A DNA stretch of 64,000 bases from Eledone cirrhosa (GCA_964016885.1 OZ024764.1:3410001-3474000), one strand, 5' to 3'. Numbered from the stretch's first letter, positions 13,366 to 26,201 are shown. Notes: generated by a model not told the origin, from the sequence alone. Program-made: numbers and translations.

Positions 13366-13461
13366 ATTATATTATAAAAAATTAAAATGGTTGGAACATT
13401 TTTGATCAGAGGTCTACTTAATGAGGCCTGACCTAGGGTTAAACAGTGTGTGTGTGTGTGT

Positions 13462-13521
<60 letters not shown>

Positions 13522-13661
13522 ATGGAGGAACCTTTGTTAAGGTAAGTTCCAAACACAAACTTAATAAATTCTGGAAGTTTCAGAATTCCTTGTAAACCCT
13601 TAGAAATATGGTAAAAAAAAGGGTTAAAAGTGAAGAAAAAGGGTTAAACCAGTGAACTGAC

Positions 13662-13757
13662 CACAAGCTCGTCCACAGAGACCGTCAAGGGCATCCAGCT
13701 CCTTCATTAGATGACCTTTACCAATTCCACCAAACGAGGGGTTACAAGACATTGCAC
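13662..13757 (-). CDS. MTO1: MTO1 exon 3
   Basis: ttgtag|GT GCA ATG... encodes [32 protein letters not shown]|gtcagt, the hallmark MSCNP motif. 96 nt, phase 1-1. Not in the ORF track. Confidence 0.95.
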
Positions 13758-13794
13758 CTACAACAGGAAAACAAGGATTAAGGACTGAGAATAC

Positions 13795-14658
13795 CACTAC
13801 TGCTGCTACTACTGCTACTACTACTACTACTGCTGCTGCAACTACTGCTACTACTACTACTACTGCAACTACGCTACTACTACTGCTGCTACTACTACTG
13901 CTACTACTACTACTACTGCAACTACTGCTGTTACTACTACTACTACTGCTACTACTACTACTACTGCAACTACGCTACTACTACTGCTGCTACTACTACT
14001 GCTACTACTACTACTACTACTACTGCTACTACTACTACTGCTGCTGCTGCTACTACTACTACTACTACTGCTGCTCCTACTACTACTGCTACTACTACTA
14101 CTACTGCTGCTGCTACTACTACTACTGCTACTACTACTGCAACTACTGCTACTACTGCTGCTCCTACTACTACTGCTACTACTGCTGCTACTACTACTGC
14201 TGCTGCTGCTGCTGCTACTACTACTACAGCTACTACTGTTACTACTACTGCTACTGCTACTACTACTACTGCTGCTACTACTACTACTGCTACTACTACT
14301 ACTGCTGCTACCACTACTACTGCTGCTGCTACTACTGCTACTACTACTACTGCTGCTACTACTACTGCTGCTACTACTACTAATACTCTACTTCTAGAGC
14401 TACTACTACTACTACCACTTTTACTACTACCGCTACTACTGCTGCTACTGCTTCTACTAGTACTACTGCTACTACTCTACTTCTAGAGCTACTACTACTA
14501 CTGCCACCACTTTTACTATTACAACTACTACTACTACTATTACACTACTACTACTACCAGTTTTACTACTACTACTACCACCTTTACTACTACTGCTGCT
14601 GCTACTACTACTACTGCTACTGCTACTGCTACTTCTGTTACCACCACCACCACCACCA
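13795..14658. repeat. (CTA/CTG)n trinucleotide microsatellite
   Basis: Direct inspection. Confidence 0.95.
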
Positions 14659-14666
14659 ATACTCAC

Positions 14667-14884
14667 CTATGGTATCTATGTTATGTGTCACCAACAAGGT
14701 GTTGACTCCCATCCTGGCTGCTGCATGTGCTGCCTCTGCTCCAGCATGGCCACCTCCCACCACAATTACATCATAGTCTGTTGTTGTACATTGGTGCAGC
14801 GTCTTTGGTGTTGCAGTTGTTAGACAGGAGAGACGCAGCTTCAGACTCTGCACAGTCCTACTATGGAGCAGACCCGGCTTTACC
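14667..14884 (-). CDS. MTO1: MTO1 exon 2 (presequence + FAD-binding motif)
   Basis: ttccag|G...[38 protein letters not shown]|gtgagt, the GidA/MnmG N-terminal GxGxxG motif. Confidence 0.95.
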
Positions 14885-15256
14885 CTGGAACAACAGTAAC
14901 AACAACAGTAACAACAATAACAACAGTACAACAACAACAACATTAATGGTGACACAGTTGTTAGACAGGAGAGACGCAGCTTCAGACTCTGCACAGTCCT
15001 ACTATGGAGCAGACCCGGCTTTACCCTGGAACAACAGTAACAACAACATTAACAACAATAACAACAGTACAACAACAACAACATTAATGGTGACACAGTT
15101 GTTAGACAGGAGAGATGCAGCTTCAGACTCTGCACAGTCCTACTATGGAGCAGACCCGGCTTTACCCTGGAACAACAGTAACAACAACATTAACAACAAT
15201 AACAACAGTACAACAATAACAACAATAACAACAACAACAACATTAATGGTGACACA
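14816..15256. repeat. 141-bp triplication spanning the MTO1 intron 1/exon 2 boundary
   Basis: taccctggaa occurs at 14881, 15022 and 15163. Confidence 0.95.
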
Positions 15257-15349
15257 GCTACTCCCTCTGTTGGTAGTGACACAGCTAAGGTCAACACTAA
15301 GAGAGAAAGAAAGAAAACTCCAGACAAAAAAAGTCAACTTTTCTCCCTA

Positions 15350-16250
15350 AATATGTATTCGTAAAGACCTGAAGATCCGCCGTCCCTTTGTTGCTGTAGT
15401 GGAGTCTGTGCTGCCGTACGGGTCTGAGACTTGCACACTGACCAAGAAACTCACTCAGATGGTGGATGGGTGCTACACGAGAATGCTGAGGATGGCTCTG
15501 AACATTAATCAGTATACACTGAGGATGAAGAACTCAGAGCTGTACGGGAGCCTCCCAAAAGTCAGCTCAAAAGTGACACAGAGGAGACTGAGGTTAGCTG
15601 GACATGCTCACCGACATCCAGAGTTGACACTGCACTCAGTGGTCTTGTGGGAGGCCCTACATGGACACACTGGAAGAGGGAGACTGAGGGTATGTATGTG
15701 TGTGTATATATATATATATATATATGGAGGCACATGGCTTAGTGGTTAGAGCATTGGCCTTGCAATCGAAAGGTTGTGAGTTCAATTCTCAGACCGGGTG
15801 ATGCGTTGTTTCCTTGAGCAAGACACTTTATTTCACATTGCTCCAGTTTACTCAGCTGTAGAAATGAGATGATAGGACTAGGGTCCCTATCATTCCACTG
15901 TAAAGTGGACGTGTAGGCGCCACGGAAAAAAGCACCCAACACTCACTGTAAATGAGGTTGGTGTTAGGAAGGGCATCCAGCTGTAGAAATCAAGCCAGAA
16001 TCAGTTCCCGTCCCACCCTTGCAAGCAGGGAAAAGCGGATGTAAAATGAAATGAAATGAAATATATATACAGCTTGAAAGTGACACAGAGGAGACTGAGG
16101 TTAGTTGGACATGCTCACCGACATCCAGATTTGACACTGCACTCAATGCTCCTGTGGGAGCCCCTACATGGACACACTGGAAGAGGAAGACCGAGGTTGA
16201 CATATGTTGATGCCCTAAGGACAGACACTGGTCTCTTGGAGACGCAGGAC
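15350..16250 (+). mobile_element. RTE-X-like LINE 3' fragments, partly duplicated and interrupted by a SINE
   Basis: ESVLPYGSET..DGCYTRMLRMALN..RRLRLAGHAHRH. The RRLRL segment recurs at about 16078. Confidence 0.8.
15726..16060 (+). mobile_element. Full-length tRNA-derived SINE
   Basis: A box TGGCTTAGTGG, B box GAGTTCAATTC, ccttgagcaagacacttt core and RTE-type tail cccacccttgcaagcagggaaaagcgg. Other copies at 54280-54619 (+) and 26560-26830 (-), partial at 10263. Confidence 0.9.
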
Positions 16251-16369
16251 ATGTACATCGACTCCCATGTACATCAATACTCATCTTTTTCCATTTATCT
16301 GAGGGTTCTAAACCCCATTATCAGGCTAAAATTCCTTTAGTCAAAAATATGGTGATATATATATATATA

Positions 16370-18456
16370 TCATCATCATCATCATCATCACCGTTTTACG
16401 TCCGTTCTTCCACGCTAGCATGAGTTAGACGGGTTGTCCTGTTGTGGGCAGTGTCTGGTCGGCTGACCATGACTTGCTCATACAGGAACTGATCTGGCTT
16501 GATTTCTACAGCTGGATGCCCTTCCTAACACCAACCTCATTTACAGTGAGTGCTGGGTGCTTTTTCGTGGCGCCTACACGTCCACTTTACAGTGTGGGCT
16601 GGGTGCTTTTTTGCCGTGGCACCTCCACGGCCACCTTGCGGTGGGGGTGGGGGGGGGCATATTGTTTATATGCTTTAGCATGTACCCATGGGAGGTCGGG
16701 TACCCTGTATTACTGCGTGACGCCAGAAGTCACGGTCGTGTGTCATTGACTTTGAGAGGTGTAGTTGGGTAAGGTCGGCTTTTATCACCTCATCCCAAGT
16801 CATCTTGGGTCTCCCCACTCCGCGGTTTCCATCAACTTCTAGTGCTCTGCACCTTTTTATGCAGCTGTCATCCTTCATACGCATCACATGTCCATACCAG
16901 CGTAACCGCCTCTCCTGCACGCAGCATTTGATTCCTCTTATGCTCAGTCTCTCTCTCAATTCATTTATGCTTTGTCGTTCACGTATATTACTGTTACACA
17001 TCCATCGGAGCATGCAGGCTTCGTTTCTCTCTAATCTACGTAAGTCTTCCACCTTCAGCGCCCAGGTCTCACTACCATGCAACATCGCTGTTCGGATACA
17101 CGCATCATACAGTCTGCCTTTCATTCTGAGGGAGAAGCCTTTTGCAGCTAGCAGTGGTAGTAGTTCCCTAAACTTCTTCCATCCCGTTCTTACCCTAGTT
17201 ATTGTACTTTCTGAGCACCCACCTCCGTTGCTAATTCGGTCACCTAGGTAGCAGAAGCTGTCTACTGTTTCTACAGGGCCCTCCCAGAGATTGGTGGTAC
17301 TTGTTTCCTGTGGCTGTTTGCTTGCTGTTTCAGCACAGCTGCTGCATGTGAATCCTACATTCTTAATTAAGCTTCCTGAGATCCCGCTACATCTCTTGTG
17401 TACCCATTGTTTGCATTTGGGGCAGAGAATGGAGTTCCTACCTACACCTTTCCTACATACTGAGCAAGGCCATTTCCCTGAGGGGATCTGGGTTCTGTTT
17501 TCTCGTCTACTTACAAGGACCTTAGTCTTTGTCATGTTGACTTTGAGGCCCTTTCTCTCTAGTCCCTGCTTCCAGGTTTGGAATTTATTCTCTAGTTCTA
17601 CCATAGATTCAGCTATGAGTGCGAGGTCATCAGCATACAGGAGTTCCCATGGGCATCCGATCTTAAACTCCTCCGTTATTGCCTGCAGGACTATGATGAA
17701 CAGGAGAGGGCTAAGAACAGAGCCCTGGTGGACCCCAACCTGTACGCTAAATTCCTCGCTATACTCATTGCCAATCCCAACTTTGCTGACTGCTCCCCTA
17801 TACATGGCTTGTACCGCTTTCACAAGCCATTCATCTACTCCTAGTTTTCTAAGAGCCCACCAGATTACTGCACGTGGAACTCTGTCAAAGGCTTTCTCAA
17901 GGTCGACAAATGCCAAGTAGAGTGGCTTACTTTTAGCTAGGTACTTTTCCTGTAATTGCCTCACAAGGAAGAGGGCATCAGTGGTGCCTTTCCCTGGTAC
18001 AAACCCAAATTGCATCTCGTCTATATTCACCCGGTCCCTAATCAGCTGTGCTATAACTCTTTCTGTTACTTTCATGACCTGGTCCATCAACTTTATACCT
18101 CTATAGTTTCCTCTATCTAGTGCATCGCCTTTACCTTTGTAGCAGTTGACAATGATGCTACTGCACCAATCTTTTGGTATGGCCCCCTCTAGTATTACCT
18201 GGTTAACGATACGTGTGGTTATAGTGTGACCTACAGACCCAGATGCCTTCAGCATCTCGGCAGCTATACCCGATGGACCGGTTGCCTTCCCTATCTTCAT
18301 ATCTCTGATTGCCTTACTTACTACGCTGCCGCTGACTTGTACTGCTGGTCCCTCTATAGGGTCTACGTGGGGTAGGGTCTCTTCTTCCCATGCATTCTCC
18401 TCATTTAGTAATCTATCATAATGACTCTTCCATGCATCTTTCTTTACAGCTTCCAT
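16370..18456 (-). mobile_element. 5'-truncated RTE-clade LINE, 593-aa open RT frame
   Basis: NYRGIKL, QFGF, FVDLEKAFDRV, GVHQGSVLSP, YADD, PHD-like Cys cluster, RLRWYGHV. Ends in a (GAT)n tail. Confidence 0.95.
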
Positions 18457-18689
18457 TTATATATATATATAAATGGAAGCTGTAAAAGCCAGTTAGACCA
18501 TTACTTACCAGAGTACTTGATACTTGGGGTAGTAGAGTGGGTAATATGAAAAATTCGGGACCCCGACAGTTGAGCTCCGAGTTGGGATCTAGCTGTTGAA
18601 ACGACCTGAGCTCAGTCGTCAGGGTCCCGAATTTTTCATATATATATATATATATGTATATGTATATGAAAAATATATATATATATACA

Positions 18690-19235
18690 GTGGTAAGAAA
18701 CTGTGAAGAGAGCTGGACAACAGAAAGCCCACCTCATACCAGTGTTTTGCCAAGACCTGACGGCCTTACCCTGTGGCCCTGGTCGAGAGGCAGGTGCTAT
18801 GATTGGGAGGTCACTGTTAGTGACTCTTTTGCTCTTTCCCACATCCTGGATGCTGCGGTAAGGACGAGAGCCACAGCTGCTGCAGCTGAGCGGAGTAAGA
18901 CCCTCAAATACTCTGATCTGTCGGCGGCCAGCTACATTTTTCAGCCTTGTGGCTTTCGAGACGTTTGGGGGGGTCGGGCCGCTGACTGCGAGGTTCCTCT
19001 CTTGACTGGCGGCTCGCCTAACAGAGGTAACTGGCGAATCTCGCGACGGCGCTGGGCTGTTTCAGCGCATCAGCCTCGCCATCACCCGATGTAACACTGC
19101 CAGTGTGCTGGCTTGCCTCAAAACTCATTAGAGAGGTTACCCAGTACCCCTCGTTGCTGTCTTTTGCTCTGGTGTTGGCTCCGTTGTCCACCCCTTCCTT
19201 TACATTTTCTTTAATATTGTAACATTAAAAGAATA
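18690..19235 (+). mobile_element. CRE-clade non-LTR retrotransposon 3' fragment (restriction-like endonuclease domain), frameshifted
   Basis: RPDGLTLWPWSRG..WEVTVSDSFA..AAERSKTLKY, then after a frameshift VAFETFG...LFQRISLAITRCNTASV. Confidence 0.75.
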
Positions 19236-19700
19236 TATACTTCTGACAGAATCGCGAGCAATTTATAATGTCGTCTAAGTATTTGTTATGTTATTTATGT
19301 ATATATATAAAACATATTTGTTATGTTATTTATATATATATATAAAACATATTTGTTATGTTATTTATGTATATATATAAAACATACTTGTTATGTTATT
19401 TATGTATATATATAAAACATATTTGTTATGTTATTCTGCTGTAAATTTATTTATATGCTCTGTTCATATTTTCATTCTGAAAGAATTGCAAACGATTTGG
19501 AATGTTGTTGTATCATTATATTTCTTTTTATACAACTGTGAAACAAATAAACTCTGTTTATTTTGTGTTAGACAGGACGAAAGGGCGAAAAGTAAAGTTG
19601 ACCTCGGCAGGATTTGAACTCAGAACGTTTGGAGTCGGAATTAGTTGTTTTAGTAATAAATTATAATAAAAACAGAATGAATGTTTGTGAGAGAACTCAC

Positions 19701-19714
19701 CAAAGATGTTTCAT
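19701..19714 (-). CDS. MTO1: MTO1 putative first coding exon (MKHL-W)
   Basis: GTC-ATG AAA CAT CTT TG|gtgagt. The phase-2 donor matches the phase of the next exon and gives [28 protein letters not shown], a basic, acid-free, presequence-like N-terminus. Confidence 0.65.
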
Positions 19715-19896
19715 GACGCTGAGAAGGAGAAGGGCATTGTTGACGGAGAGAAATATTAAAGACGGTGTCGAGAGAAAAGAGGTCCCCAGTGAAGAAATAT
19801 TCCGAGTTCGTCTCGTCAACAGCGCCTCTGCTGGAGGTGAACCTGTGTGTGTAGAGGGGGAGAACTCTTTATAGATATACAGATAGACAGAGACAG

Positions 19897-19927
<31 letters not shown>

Positions 19928-20154
19928 GAGAAGAAAGAAGAATACTGCGTGGTTTGCACATAGGTTACATATGATAAAAATAGTCCTTCGTCAGTGATTT
20001 TCCAACCATCATTGGTATTTCATCGCATTAAAAATCAGATACCTCAGGTTGGTGCGAACAATAACTAAAAACAGTTATTGGGACCAGAATTCGCGTAAGG
20101 CGAGGGGGACAAGTAAACAACATAGAAGGATAAAAGCAAACCGAAGATATATAT

Positions 20155-21111
20155 ACTAGACATGAAAAATGCGCAAGCTCAAAAGTGCCACAGAATGTTA
20201 TAATAAATCTTCAAAAGTGTGGGACTAGAGTTGTTGCTAAAAAATATTGTAATCATTATATATCGTACATTCTGTGGCATCCTTTATAAAAATAGCTTAA
20301 ACCAACGAAGCCTTTATTTTTACGCTATTTCACTTAGTTAATTCTTAGAGTGTAACATATAAAAATATCATTTACAACTATAAAATAAATTAATTAATAT
20401 AATAACAGAGCTGCGGAGCTGAAATTTAGGAAATAATGGAGTATCGGATCCTGAGTTGGAGCCAGTCAATTTTTGGCCGACTCCGCAGCCCTGTATAATA
20501 CATTTCATATTAAAGTTATTAATAAACCTATTTTACACTTCATGCAAATTACCACGAGATATTGATATTAGATATAAGATACAGCGCAATATCTACAGCT
20601 GTAAAAGTACGAAAGCGAAGTAATAATAAGTGGCTTAAGGTAATTCCAATATGAAAGTTTGTAGTGATAAAAATTTGATAATGCAATACGATTGTTAATA
20701 TTATAGTTCTATGAAAATGTAACAATAGATAACTAAATTATTTTACTATTAGTATATTTAAGAAATTATCATTATAGATTTGATCGTTCATATAAGCATC
20801 ATATTAAGTTTCAACACAATTATTTTGTTACTATGAGTATATGATAATAATATTACGTAATTATTTATAGCTGTTATTACATTAAACATAGATGTATTTA
20901 TTTTTATATGTTACACTCTAAGAATTAACTAAGTGAAATAGCGTAAAAATAAAGGCTTCGTTGGTTTAAGCTATTTTTATAAAGGATGCCACACAATGTA
21001 CGATATATAATGATTACAATATTTTTTAGCAACAACTCTAGTCCCACACTTTTGAAGGTTTATTATAACATTCTGTGGCACTTTTGAGCTTGCGCATTTT
21101 TCATGTCTAGT
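20155..21111. mobile_element. Foldback/MITE-like element with about 212-bp inverted arms
   Basis: 20155-20367 is the near-perfect reverse complement of 20899-21111. Confidence 0.85.
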
Positions 21112-22225
21112 TTAATATTTTTTTAAGGCAACGCTTGTAATAACTCTAGTTAAACAGGATATATATTAATAATAAATTATCGTTGTAATGTAATTAGATT
21201 ATGTAATTGTTATTATAAATTATCTTATAAATATTAGTGTAAGATGTATAAAAATATTTTCAGACTTTTAATATAAACAACTACAAAAAACAATCAATAT
21301 TAAATCAATATATTATACATAATAGAAAACATAAAATATACAATACAAAAACAAAATATTTACATACAATTGCAATTATCAGTGTATATACATTTTCTTT
21401 ATATTCCCTGAGCAAATTAATAAGATTTGTTTTTATTGTACATAATTTGATGACTTGTTGGAGTGTATTAAAAGATAGCAACAATTTGTGATTAAATTGT
21501 TATCTTAAGCAACTCACTTTTTAATAGTTGTTGGCTGAGCGAAATTGTAAAAGCCTATGAGCAAATATAAAAAAAAATACACAAACAACATTTCCTTGTG
21601 TTATTACAACATTAGATAAAATAATTGAGCAATGTCGTTATATTTTGCTCTTATTGCACATTAATAGTGTTTCTATTTTTCGGCACAAATCCATTACGGC
21701 AGTCCATTACTGGTACTTTATTTTATCGAATTAGTAAGTATGAAAGTCGAAGTTAACCTCGGCAGGATTTGAACTTAGAATGCAAAGGACCATAACAATA
21801 CTGCAAAGCATGGTGTCTGACGCTCTACCAATACTTGTGTTGAGCTGGTCATTAATTTATGGTGGTCGTGCGTGGAGTAGAGCAATCGCTAGTTGAAATA
21901 TTATGAACAAAACATTTTTATTTGCCGAAGAACATATTTTCAATACTGTTTGTGAATGTGACGAAGGAAATACATTCTGATATGGAACAGTGTACAAAGT
22001 GTGTCTGTGAATAACATAATGTTACCTCATGTTGTTGTCAAGACATAATGGATTTCGTATATCCAGTTAGAAGATGAAACCTAGCCATCTCGGATTAGTT
22101 ATATTTCATGCCATGTGTAAACGTGTTTGAGGATAGCAAAATATGCGCGTTAATTATAATAATTAGTTAATAATATTACAAAATATACCTAATTAAACTC
22201 TTTGCTTGAAATTTTATCATTCTTC

Positions 22226-22289
<64 letters not shown>

Positions 22290-23755
22290 GGAGAGAGATT
22301 TATCTAGTCCTTCGCTCAAGATTAATCTATAAGTTTAGATGTTTGCCATCGTTTAAGTAAATATTACAGTAAGATTTTTAATATAAACAACTACAAAAAA
22401 CAATTAATATTAAAACGAAAAAATTATCAATGATAAAAGAAGCGGATGCAACTTTTTTTTTTATAAAGTTATATTCCTGTTTCTTTAAAGAACATTTCAT
22501 TTTTGTTCTATTGTAGGCGAAATAATGCAATGGTTTAATAGGGAAGATATAACTTACGAATTATGTCTCTAACCGTGTAACGCTTTTTAAGTAGATAACT
22601 ACAATTGAAAATACTAAAGAAATGGAACCAACAATTCAATTTGAAAGTCGTCTAGTGACAGTGTATTACTGGTACTTTATTTTATCGACCCCGTAACGAT
22701 GAAAGGCAAAAATGCAAATGCTTAAAATTTAAATTGCCTTAATTCTATCGTCTGCTGTTTCATTAAAGGGAGATTATCGTCTGTATTTAATTCTATCGTC
22801 TACTGTTCCACTAAACAGATATACCTCCACTATCGTCTCTATTTATACATTTTAACTTATAACTTATACACATTTGATTTGAAATATTTTATCTAGTCCC
22901 CCCTCTCAATATTATGATGATTTCTTTCGAATGAAACAGTTCTAGTCCTGTAGAAACCATTTATATATATAATTGAACTGAGTTAAAAATTCACAATATT
23001 TATAATTAAATAAGCTCATATATATATGTGTGTATTTATCTGTTTATTGTATTATATATAATGTGTGTATATACAGGATGTCCCCCAAAAATATATACAC
23101 ACTTCAACAGCATTCTAATAACTATTGCCTGTACAGGTAATCAAAGTGTCAATCGAATGTTAGTTTCGTGTTTTAACAGTACAAATTTACAATACACACA
23201 TAAAACCAGTGTATATACATACATGAGTGTGTATACACATACATGAATGTGTATATACAATATATATGTATATATATATATATAGACACATATATTCACG
23301 GTGCAACGGTACATTAAAATATAGATGCGGGAGAGGGGGGGTATATAGGGGCGCTGGGGATAAAGGAGTGTAAAGCGTGTGTAATTGATATATTGAAGGA
23401 GAGGAGCGTGCAGCGATAGAGTAACAAATATATAGAGAGGGGGAGAGATGGTATTGAAGGGGAGGAGTGCAAAGCGAAAGAGTAAGAGATATATATAGAG
23501 ACGGAACAGATAGAGAGAAACAGGCGTAAGTAACAGTGGAAGAGATATAGAGAGAGGTACTCTGATTGGTTGAAAATTAGCCAATGACATACGATCACCA
23601 CCACCACGGCTATCCCCGAAAAATTTTTTAAGAAGCTACGCATATATGTTAGAACACGAAAAGTGAACATTCTGTTGTTTCACACTTTTCGTGTTCTAAC
23701 AGATATATAGAGATAGATAGATAGACTGACAGGCAGATATATATATATATATATA

Positions 23756-25060
23756 CAGGGTGGGGCATAATTCCTGTTACAAAGTTTTAAATCAATTTAA
23801 AAATACATTATGTTGCTAATATAACCAATATATTTGTATCAAATCCATGCACTATAACCATATTAACTATTTTTCAGGACATTACGCCATTAACAATTTG
23901 CAATGTCCATAGAATTGAAAAGAAAGTTCATTATAGAGAAGCATGAAAAAGGCCTGACTCCACCCGAGATATTTAAACTGGGGAAAACTCTTAAGATCAA
24001 TAGAATGTTGATCAAAAGGACAATCGATCGATTTAAGCAAACTTCCTCGACCAAAGACGGACCTCGATCTGGACGCCCTCGCACCTCAAGAACACCAAAA
24101 CTCGTTAAAAGTGTGAGGGAAAAAATAAGGCGCAATCCAAGAAGGTCCATGAGAAAAATGGCAGAAGAAGCAGAAACATCGCCGAGAACTATGCGGAGGA
24201 TATGTCGAGATGATCTGGGGATGACACCCTATAAGTTCCAAAAGAGGCAGCTTCTTTCTGCAGCCACAATTGAAAAGAGGCTCTCCAGAAGTAAACTGTT
24301 ATTGAACTGTATCCAGGATAGCACGCTGCAAAACATCATCTTTACAGATGAGAAGTTATTCACTGTGCAGCAGTCTCACAATCATCAAAATGATGATGGA
24401 GTACTTGCAAAAAGTCTCAAATCAATTCCTTCAAGTGTAGGAAAAGTGTTAAGAATACAGAAACCAGCATCAGTGATGGTTTGGGCAGCCATTTCTGAAA
24501 GAGGGAAGTCTCCTCTGATTTTTGTGCCTCAAGGAGTTAAAATTAACAAAGAACTTTACATAAAGGATATTTTGGAAGGAGCACTGATGCCATGGTGCAC
24601 ATCTGTTTATGGCGATGACATTTGGACTCTCCAACAAGATGGAGCGACGAGCCACACTCTAGCGTAACACAACAGTGTTGTAGAAACCATTGTGCTGCAT
24701 GGATCAGTAAGGAAGAGTGGCCTCTCACATCACCAGATCTCAACCCTCTCAATTTTTCTTTATGGTCAATTCTTGAGAGTGAAGCCTGCTCTACTCCTAG
24801 CCAAAATATTGAAACTCTAAAATCAAAACTGAATAATGTATGGGAGAAAATACCCATGGAAACTGTTCGTGCAGCCATCGAAGACTTTCCTAGAAGACTT
24901 CGAGCAGTAGTGAGAGCTAGAGGAAAACATTTTGAATAAATTTTTGTGCAGTTGTTTAATATATATTACTTACTATTTGCTGAAGTCAGATTTTGAAATA
25001 AATGTTTTTTTCCAGAACTATTTGCATTTTATTTTGTAACAGTTTTTATGCCCCACCCTG
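23756..25060 (+). mobile_element. Full-length Tc1/mariner DD37D (maT-type) transposon, inactivated
   Basis: TIRs CAGGGTGGGGCATAA...TTATGCCCCACCCTG with TA flanks. Transposase 23903-24939 has FTDEK, QQDGA and SPDLNPLN (37-aa spacing, third D changed to N) and a 1-nt frameshift near 24656. Confidence 0.93.
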
Positions 25061-25213
25061 TATATATGTATATATATATTAATTCAAAATATTAACAAAA
25101 ATAGACATTTGTGTGATATTTTATTATACATATTTCAGAGGTACTGCGCTATCTTCAACAGTTATGACTGAATCTTAACCATCTACTAAGTCAGGGTATG
25201 TCATGCATCATCT

Positions 25214-25280
25214 TATTTTATCTGATGAGGACGTACTGTTGAAGATAGCTTAGTACCTCTGAAATATGTATAATAAAATA
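25214..25280 (+). ncRNA. Minimal type-I hammerhead ribozyme motif
   Basis: TATTTTAT-CTGATGA-GGACGTACT...AGTACCTCT-GAAA-TATGTAT-A-ATAAAATA. Stems I and II pair, stem III is near-palindromic, and the NUH triplet is AUA. Confidence 0.75.
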
Positions 25281-25335
25281 TACTTGACCACACGAATGTC
25301 TATTTTTGTTAATATTTTGAATTAATATTAATAAC

Positions 25336-26115
25336 GGGTAAGAACGGGATGGAAGAAGTTTAGGGAACTACTACCACTGCTAGCTGCAAAAGGCTTCTCC
25401 CTCAGAATGAAAGGCAGACTGTATGATGCGTGTATCCGAACAGCGATGTTGCATGGTAGTGAGACCTGGGCGCTGAAGGTGGAAGACTTACGTAGATTAG
25501 AGAGAAACGAAGCCTGCATGCTCCGATGGATGTGTAACAGTAATATACGTGAACGACAAAGCATAAAGGAATTGAGAGAGAGACTGAGCATAAGAGGAAT
25601 CAAATGCTGCGTACAGGAGAGGCGGTTACGCTGGTATGGACATGTGATGCGTATGAAGGATGACAGCTGCATAAAAAGGTGCAGAGCACTAGAAGTTGAT
25701 GGAAACCGCGGAGTGGGGAGACCCAAGATGACTTGGGATGAGGTGATAAAAGCCGACCTTACCCAACTACACCTCTCAAAGTCAATGACACACGACCGTG
25801 ACTTCTGGCGTCACGCAGTAATACAGGGTACCCGACCTCCCATGGGTACATGCTGAAGCATATAAACAATATGCCCCCACGGCAAAAAAAAGCACCCAGC
25901 CCACACTGTAAAGTGGACGTGTAGGCGCCACGAAAAAGCACCCAGCACTCACTGTAAATGAGGTTGGTGTTAGGAAGGGCATCCAGCTGTAGAAATCAAG
26001 CCAGATCAGTTCCTGTATGAGCAAGGCATGGTCAGCCGACCAGACACTGCCCACAACAGGACAACCCGTCTAACCCATGCTAGCGTGGAAGAACGGACGT
26101 AAAACGGTGATGATG
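25336..26115 (+). mobile_element. Second, shorter copy of the same RTE LINE
   Basis: Nearly identical to the reverse complement of 16380-17195. It encodes essentially the same MKGRLYDACIRTAML...PPMGTC protein. Confidence 0.93.
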
Positions 26116-26201
26116 AACTCCGGAAAACCATTTTTGTTGAGTGCTTCCAATCTATTGTAAAACTCATTCTTTGATTTATTCATTGAACCTTGTTTAACTT
26201 T

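Noticed and set aside
15726-15800. tRNA gene
   Set aside because: The tRNA-like head continues into a SINE core and tail and is multi-copy. No complete cloverleaf is evident.
19820-19834. CTCF-like motif CCAGCAGAGGCGCTG near the MTO1 5' end
   Set aside because: One base short of the core spacing; not supportable from sequence alone.
20043-20123. Alternative MTO1 first exon (MLFTCPPRLTR…GAG|gtatct)
   Set aside because: The phase-0 end is incompatible with the phase-2 start of exon 2, and the donor is weaker than at 19701.
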